A stretch of 64,000 nt of DNA from NCBI GenBank assembly GCA_041483195.1, contig JBGPFC010000017.1, positions 1 through 64,000 of the forward strand. Reading direction: 5' to 3'. The DNA comes from Candidatus Eiseniibacteriota bacterium (lineage in GTDB: Bacteria; Eisenbacteria; RBG-16-71-46). Below the pieces are notes generated by a model. The model did no database searches, was not told the origin of the DNA, and saw nothing but the letters and a program-made list of their open reading frames with translations. This document shows positions 58,463-64,000 of the stretch, in pieces (the first letter of the stretch is position 1; each line of letters opens with the position of its first letter). A program made the translations under genes and the position numbers.

Positions 58463-58649
58463 GCGTGCTCCGAAAGGGAATCGTGAGTGCGTGGTCTCGT
58501 GCCGATGCGCAGGGCCGGGGATCATACGAACCCGGGCTCCGGCTGTCACGCGCGGCCGGGCCCTGAGTGCGAGAGCGGTATCGGCAGGCAGGCGCTTCGA
58601 ACGCACGACTCCGGGTGCGTCTTCGCGGCGCGGCGCGCGCGTTTCGGGC

Positions 58650-59000
58650 TTACGCCTTCCACCACATCTGCGCGGCGACCAGCACCAGGAACACGGCGAA
58701 CACGCGTTGCAGCACGCGCGGCCGCAGGTCCAGCCCGATGCGGGCGCCCAGCCACGCGCCGAGCAGCAATCCCAGCGCGATCAGCATCGCGCCGCGGATC
58801 TCGACGGAGCCCTGGCGGTAGTACTGCCACGCGCCGAGCGCCCCGACCGGGAGCAGCAGCGCGGCGAGCGAGGTCCCGGTCGCGCTCTGGGGCTTCAGTC
58901 CCGCGATCATGATGAGCGCGGGCACGATCACCACGCCGCCGCCGATTCCAAAGAGCCCGGCCAGGACTCCGGCGCACAGGCCGATCGTGAGATAGATCAC
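58650..59000 (-). CDS. Half-size TauE/SafE (TSUP) protein
   Basis: Single GLFGIGGG...ATGTSL repeat, four TMs. Confidence 0.85.
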   Translation of the reverse strand: MIYLTIGLCAGVLAGLFGIGGGVVIVPALIMIAGLKPQSATGTSLAALLLPVGALGAWQYYRQGSVEIRGAMLIALGLLLGAWLGARIGLDLRPRVLQRVFAVFLVLVAAQMWWKA

Positions 59001-59048
59001 GGAACGTCCTCCGATCCCCGACCGCGACGCGGCCGGCGCGCACGCACG

Positions 59049-60386
59049 CTACGTCGCCGCGGTGTGCGCCTGGTCGGCCGCAGAGCCTTCCATCACCCAC
59101 CGCACGCCCTTCGAGCAGGGGCAGGTGCCCCCGACCCGTTTGAGCTTGGGCATCTTCATGATAGCGTCCTTCACGCTCAGCGCACCGGACGCCACGCCGC
59201 GCAACGCCTCCGCGTAGTTCCGCATGTCGCGGCTCGCGACGTAGCCTTCGTTGAGGTTGTGCGCCAGGTGCCGCAGGTATTCCTCGGCGTCGGTGTACGC
59301 CTCGCCGTCCACGCCCACCATGCTGAACGCGGACTCGCCCTTGCGGCGGAAGAAGCGAGGATCCGGCACGCGCAGCAGGTCTTCGTGCCGCACCCCGCGG
59401 TGGGTCCCGCGGGTCTGCTCGAGCGCCTCGAGCGCGGCCTCGGCCTTGTCCGGGGCGTCTTCCGGGAAGCGCGCGCGGATGAATCGCGCGTTGATGTCGC
59501 GGATCATCTTGCGCACTTCCTCGATGTAGCGATCCTGCGCCTCGCGGTTCTTCATGTCCTTGAAGCCGAAGCGCACGTTGGTGTCACCGCCGCGCTCGTC
59601 GCCGAACATCTCGAGGGCGCGCGGGAACCACTTGTTCACGGCGTGCTGGATCGCGGTCATCGTGATGAACGGGTCGCCCTGCGCCGCCTTCTGCGCCCAG
59701 CGCCGGAGCGGGATCACGCCCGCCGCGAGATGGAACGCCTCCTCACGCAACATGGGCGGCATGCTGTCGGCCATCGGCTTGTACGCGCACACCTTCTGCA
59801 TCGTGAGCTGGTACTTGCCGACGCGGTCCACCAGCGCCGCGAACGCGATGTTGTCGATGAAGGAGTCGTAATCGAGGTTGAACGCGTCGAGGACGTGATT
59901 GCCCGTCTGCATCGACAGGATCTCCTCGACCATCTGCTCGCCCGTCACGCCGCCCGAGACGTGAGTCCAGTCGCTCGACAGCAGCAGGTGGAGCATCTGG
60001 TAGCCGTGGCGCAGCTCCTCCGCCATCACGCGCAGCACCCAGTAGCGGTCCTGGTCGTCGGTCGCGCGCTCGAGCGTGCCCGCGTGCTGCTGGATCGAGC
60101 CGAACTCGGTGGACGCCTGCGCGCGGATGATCGCGAGCAGATGCTGCGCCTCTTCCTGGGTGAGCTCGTCGGGCTTCATGCGCTTCTTCTCGCCCGCGTG
60201 GTCGCCGATCTGGATCAGGTCGCTGGTGCCGAGCTCCAACTTCGCGCACAGACAGAACTCCTCGTCCTTCGGGAAGTACCTCTGCCAGTGCTCGAGGAGC
60301 GAGCCGTAGTCCTTGAAGTTGTGCCGGCGCCAGTGTTCGACGGCGTCGTGGTATTTCTTGTCCAGCGAGATGTTCTCGACTTTCAT
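59049..60386 (-). CDS. BoxB/PaaA-family diiron aryl-CoA epoxidase-like subunit
   Basis: QASTE, EELRHG and EEAFH ExxH motifs, DRVGKYQL, NKWFPRALEMFG. Confidence 0.8.
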   Translation of the reverse strand: MKVENISLDKKYHDAVEHWRRHNFKDYGSLLEHWQRYFPKDEEFCLCAKLELGTSDLIQIGDHAGEKKRMKPDELTQEEAQHLLAIIRAQASTEFGSIQQHAGTLERATDDQDRYWVLRVMAEELRHGYQMLHLLLSSDWTHVSGGVTGEQMVEEILSMQTGNHVLDAFNLDYDSFIDNIAFAALVDRVGKYQLTMQKVCAYKPMADSMPPMLREEAFHLAAGVIPLRRWAQKAAQGDPFITMTAIQHAVNKWFPRALEMFGDERGGDTNVRFGFKDMKNREAQDRYIEEVRKMIRDINARFIRARFPEDAPDKAEAALEALEQTRGTHRGVRHEDLLRVPDPRFFRRKGESAFSMVGVDGEAYTDAEEYLRHLAHNLNEGYVASRDMRNYAEALRGVASGALSVKDAIMKMPKLKRVGGTCPCSKGVRWVMEGSAADQAHTAAT

Positions 60387-60396
60387 CGGCTGCTCC

Positions 60397-60858
60397 TCAA
60401 GAACCAGGCGCGAGAGCGATTTCCAATGCCTGCAGCGGCGAAGGCGTGAACCCCAGCGCGTTCAGGAACCCGGAGATCGCGGGATCGCGGCGATCCACCA
60501 GCGTGCGCACCGAGGTCGCGCCCGCCGCGCGGAAGTGGGCGCAGATCGCATCGAACATCTGCTTGCCCAGATCGCGCCCGCGGTGGTCGGGGTCGATGCC
60601 GAAGCGCTCGATCCAGCCGCTCGGCTCCTCGATCCCGAACTCCCCGGCCCGCACGTCGCCGAGCAGGAACCCCACCACCTTGCCGCCGATCTCCGCGACC
60701 TGCGATGCCCCGGGATCGCGGCGCAGGTAGTACCCGACGCGCTGCTCCCAGACGTCCGGCCGGTACACGCCCGTGATGCGCTCGTCGATGCGTACGATGC
60801 TTCCAATATCGAGCTCGTCGAGCGGCCGGATGCGGGCCGTGGACTGCACTTCGGGCAT
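60397..60858 (-). CDS. GNAT N-acetyltransferase
   Basis: VVGFLLG, FGIDPDHRGRDLG, FLNALGF. Confidence 0.88.
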   Translation of the reverse strand: MPEVQSTARIRPLDELDIGSIVRIDERITGVYRPDVWEQRVGYYLRRDPGASQVAEIGGKVVGFLLGDVRAGEFGIEEPSGWIERFGIDPDHRGRDLGKQMFDAICAHFRAAGATSVRTLVDRRDPAISGFLNALGFTPSPLQALEIALAPGS

Positions 60859-61208
60859 GAAAGGCTCCGATCGGAGGTGGGCTGCGACACGGAATCGGCG
60901 GGAGATTAACAGGTTTACCGCGAAAACTGCACGTCGAGGCGCCCGCGACGGCGTGGTTTGGTGACACAAAACCACGAAAACGCCCGGGAATTCCAAGCTC
61001 GACGCGGGTTTTGCCTTGCGTGCGGGTGGCCGAACGTTCACCATTGTCAGGTCAATTTCAAGTGACGGAACCCCCCGCTTCGATATGAGTGCGCGCGCTC
61101 GCGTGTCACCGCGAGGACATCGACGCCCCTCATACGCCGCGCCCGTCGGCCTGACCCTGGAACGATTTCTCCTGGCATCGCAACCGTCATGACCGGAGGC
61201 ACCTTCAT

Positions 61209-62144
61209 ATGACCGCACGATACTCCGCGCTTCTACTTGCCGGGGCTCTGCTCGCGGCGGGCGTGCAGGGCACCGCGATCGCGCAGTCGGCGCTCGACTC
61301 GCCCGCGATCACACCCGTCAGCTCGGGCACCGCCAAGGCCACGCTGACCATCACCGCCGGACCCAGCGGCGCGCCGTACGGGTTCACCATCTTCTGGATG
61401 ACCCAGGCCGACTTCGACGCGAACGGCAGCCAGTGGTGGTCGTATGGCAACGCCGTTCAGGGCGAAGCCAACTACTGGGGAACCCCGACGCTCAATACCT
61501 GGGACGGCACGCTCACCAGCTTCGTGCTGGGTCCGAACGAGTCGGCGACCGTCGAGATCGGCGACCTGTTCGACGAGACCGGCGTCACGACCAACAACGC
61601 GAACGAGCTGGACTACGCGGGGGACTACGTCTTCTGCGCTTTCGCGAACGGGCCGAGCCCGCCGGAAAACAGCGAGTACTCGAAGAATCACAAGCCGCCG
61701 CCCCCGCCGCCCCGTCAGTGCAAGTTCACGCAGGGCTACTGGAAGAACCACCCGGGCGCATGGCCGGTGCTGCCGGATTGCGGCGGCGGATTCCTGAAGC
61801 TCGGCACGGTCTGTTACACCAAGGCCCAGTTGCTGTTGATCTTCAATCATCCGGCCGGCGGCAACGGCCTCGTCTCGCTCGCGCACCAGCTGATCGCGGC
61901 GAAGCTGAACATCCTGAACGGCGCCGACGGCTCGCTCGTGGCCGCGACCATCGCCGCCGCCGACCTCCAGATCGGCGGGCTCGTCGTTCCGCCGATCGGG
62001 GGTGGCTACCTTTCGCCATCGAGCACGTCGCACAAGACCGACATTCTCGACGACTTCAACCAGGGCAAGCTCGGCTCGAATCAGTGCAACCCGACGGCGG
62101 CGCGGGTGAGCACCTGGGGCACGATCAAGGCCCTCTACCGCTAG
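61209..62144 (+). CDS. Secreted hypothetical protein with TWGxxKxLYR tail
   Basis: RBS GGAGG; signal peptide; TQGYWKNH...QLIAAKLN domain; ends STWGTIKALYR. Confidence 0.85.
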   Translation: MTARYSALLLAGALLAAGVQGTAIAQSALDSPAITPVSSGTAKATLTITAGPSGAPYGFTIFWMTQADFDANGSQWWSYGNAVQGEANYWGTPTLNTWDGTLTSFVLGPNESATVEIGDLFDETGVTTNNANELDYAGDYVFCAFANGPSPPENSEYSKNHKPPPPPPRQCKFTQGYWKNHPGAWPVLPDCGGGFLKLGTVCYTKAQLLLIFNHPAGGNGLVSLAHQLIAAKLNILNGADGSLVAATIAAADLQIGGLVVPPIGGGYLSPSSTSHKTDILDDFNQGKLGSNQCNPTAARVSTWGTIKALYR

Positions 62145-62173
62145 TCGCAACCGCCCCTCGCGGCGGCCAGCCA

Positions 62174-62206
62174 GAAGGGCGGGGACGCGGAGCGTCCCCG
62201 CCCTTC
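62174..62206. terminator. Hairpin between convergent genes
   Basis: 15-bp stem GAAGGGCGGGGACGC/GCGTCCCCGCCCTTC. Confidence 0.7.
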
Positions 62207-62234
62207 GTATGTGGCGGCGTTGGTGTCCGGCGCG

Positions 62235-63644
62235 CTACGCCGGCGCCACGCTCGCGGCGACCACCGCGCGGCTCTCGCCCGGCGCGAGCCGCCGCACCAC
62301 CTCGATGCGCTCGTGATCGGGCGAGTGCCACCACCAGCGCCAGCGCGCGGGAATGCCGCGCGCGTCGGTCTGGTGCCACTGGATGCGCTCGACGTCGCCG
62401 CTCAGCTCGTCCGCGAAGTCGTCGTCCACCGCCTCGGCGGCGCCCCATCCCGATCCGGGCTCGACGGTGACCCGCCGGCTCACGCGAGCCGCCGCATGAT
62501 GCCGCTCGAGCTGGCGTGCGAGCCAGCCCACCATGCGCGGCCTCAGGTCGGCGATCACGTTGAAGCAGTCGTGTGCGCCGCGCGGGTAGAACACCAGCTC
62601 GCGCTCGCAACGCGCGTCCTCGAAGATGTGGTAGGCCTCGCTGCCGGGCGTGATGAGATCGTGTCCCCCGCCCGAGATTATGAGCGGACATCGAAGCGCG
62701 GGCAGCACGTGGGCGAGCGTGATCCGGTCGATCGCGGCGCCCATCTCGCGCTCGCTGGTGTCGTACAGGGCGGCCAGCTCGCGCCGCATGCTGACGAGGG
62801 TCACGTTCCAGTAGATGTCGGCGGAGTAGGGCGGGCTCACCGCCGCCACCGCGCGCACGCGGGGATCATGCGAGGCCATGCGGATCGCGAGGTAACCGCC
62901 GAGGCTCATGCCGAAGAAGGCGACCGCCTCCGGATCGAGCTCGGGACGGGTCTCGATCTGGTTCAGGATCGCGACCCCCACCGGGCGCGGCTCCGCGACC
63001 ATCGACAACCGGTGGAACGTCTCGCCCAGCCCCGGCCCGTCGAAGTAGATGGTCGCGATCCCGCGCTCGAGCAGCGCGTCCGACCACCAGTGGAGTTCCT
63101 CCTTGACCGCGTTGGTGCCGTTGAACATCACGACCACCGGCACCGGGCCGCCGCCCGGCGGCACGCGCAGGTATCCCTTCATCGCGCGCCGGCGATAGAT
63201 CACCTCGAACGGCACGGCCGGCGGATCGAACAGCGGCGCCGCCAGCGCGTAAGCACGCGTGCATGAGTCGTGCAGCGTGCGCTTGCGGTTCTTGTCCATG
63301 AAGATCACGTACTGCGAGAAATTGTAAGCGGCCGAGGCCGCGAGGAAGCGCCGGGCGGCGTCGGCGGGCCTGCCGAGCGCGAGCGCGTCGCGTGCCGCCT
63401 GCTCGTGCGCGCGGCCCAGGCTCTCCCATTCGTCCACCCACGATGTGAGCCCGGTGATGCGGCCGAGCACGTGCTCGAGGTCTTCGGACGATACCCCCGC
63501 GTTCGTGAACTGGAGCTTGGCCCACGGCGGCATCTGCTGCGCGAAGCCGAGCTTGAGGCTCATGCTCACGAAGCCCGGACGGAGGAGCTGGCTGCGCAGC
63601 ATGTGCGGCACCAGGAACTCGAGCCGTCCGCCTTTGAGCGTCAT
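62235..63644 (-). CDS. Alpha/beta hydrolase (FrsA/DUF1100-like)
   Basis: KEE, FDGPGLGE, GMSLGG nucleophile elbow, D and GAH triad residues. Confidence 0.88.
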   Translation of the reverse strand: MTLKGGRLEFLVPHMLRSQLLRPGFVSMSLKLGFAQQMPPWAKLQFTNAGVSSEDLEHVLGRITGLTSWVDEWESLGRAHEQAARDALALGRPADAARRFLAASAAYNFSQYVIFMDKNRKRTLHDSCTRAYALAAPLFDPPAVPFEVIYRRRAMKGYLRVPPGGGPVPVVVMFNGTNAVKEELHWWSDALLERGIATIYFDGPGLGETFHRLSMVAEPRPVGVAILNQIETRPELDPEAVAFFGMSLGGYLAIRMASHDPRVRAVAAVSPPYSADIYWNVTLVSMRRELAALYDTSEREMGAAIDRITLAHVLPALRCPLIISGGGHDLITPGSEAYHIFEDARCERELVFYPRGAHDCFNVIADLRPRMVGWLARQLERHHAAARVSRRVTVEPGSGWGAAEAVDDDFADELSGDVERIQWHQTDARGIPARWRWWWHSPDHERIEVVRRLAPGESRAVVAASVAPA

Positions 63645-63767
63645 CGCGTGCCCCTCGCCGAGGGCGATCTGTGACCGATACCGCAGGATGGGTCGGGGCG
63701 GCACGTCAGTGGGCGCCGCCCCGCGGGTAGCCGCGAGCGCATGCGCGCTCGCCACCTCCGTTGGAGT

Positions 63768-63782
63768 GCATCGCATGTGCCA
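63768..63782 (-). promoter_or_regulatory. Putative sigma54 -24/-12 promoter
   Basis: TGGCAC-ATGCG-ATGC(A) upstream of the hydrolase. Confidence 0.55.
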
Positions 63783-64000
63783 CCGATGCGAAATGCTTTC
63801 GCGCGCGGCCGGGGCGGGCCCGGATCGCCGGTTGGTCGCGGCCACCATGGCGATTCCCGAATCCGCGATGCGCCCCCGCCGTGCAGCGTGAGGTGCGGAA
63901 TCGTGCGAGATCCCCGGAGTGTGGGTGATCGCGCCCCGTCTGTGGGCGAGCGCCCACAGCCCGGCCGCCGCGACTGCTGGCGCTCGGGCCGCGGCGCCCG

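Noticed and set aside
9306..61015. 13-bp match CGCGGGTTTTGCC at 9306-9318 and 61003-61015
   Set aside because: Matches of this length are expected by chance in 64 kb of GC-rich DNA

Overview
GC-rich bacterial core-genome window with about 50 CDSs. I found no rRNA, tRNA, CRISPR array, transposase or prophage. Gene content and a C-terminal TWGxxKxLYR motif suggest a diderm candidate-phylum organism such as Ca. Eisenbacteria (inference only). Recognisable genes: groEL (5' partial), efp, rho, pduO, greA, nadE, pepA, rlmD, lon, pbpG, argJ, glgP, plus transporters and many lipoproteins and outer-membrane proteins. Most notable: (1) a 1703-aa Ser/Thr kinase-ATPase-TPR-GAF-sigma54 activator followed by candidate enhancer repeats, a -24/-12 promoter and a small operon encoding a secreted peptide, a dead AAA+ fragment and a pseudo-receiver; (2) two unrelated secreted proteins ending in the same TWGxxKxLYR tail, a candidate sorting signal; (3) non-canonical housekeeping machines: Rho without its OB-fold RNA-binding domain, Lon without N-domain and with degenerate Walker B and pore loop, EF-P with Asn at the tip, and a 904-aa GreA; (4) a likely 6S RNA and a second, unassigned ~270-nt structured RNA upstream of nadE; (5) a divergent gene pair, one with a 1-nt frameshift and one with an in-frame amber codon. 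All calls come from manual motif reading; no searches or folding programs were run.
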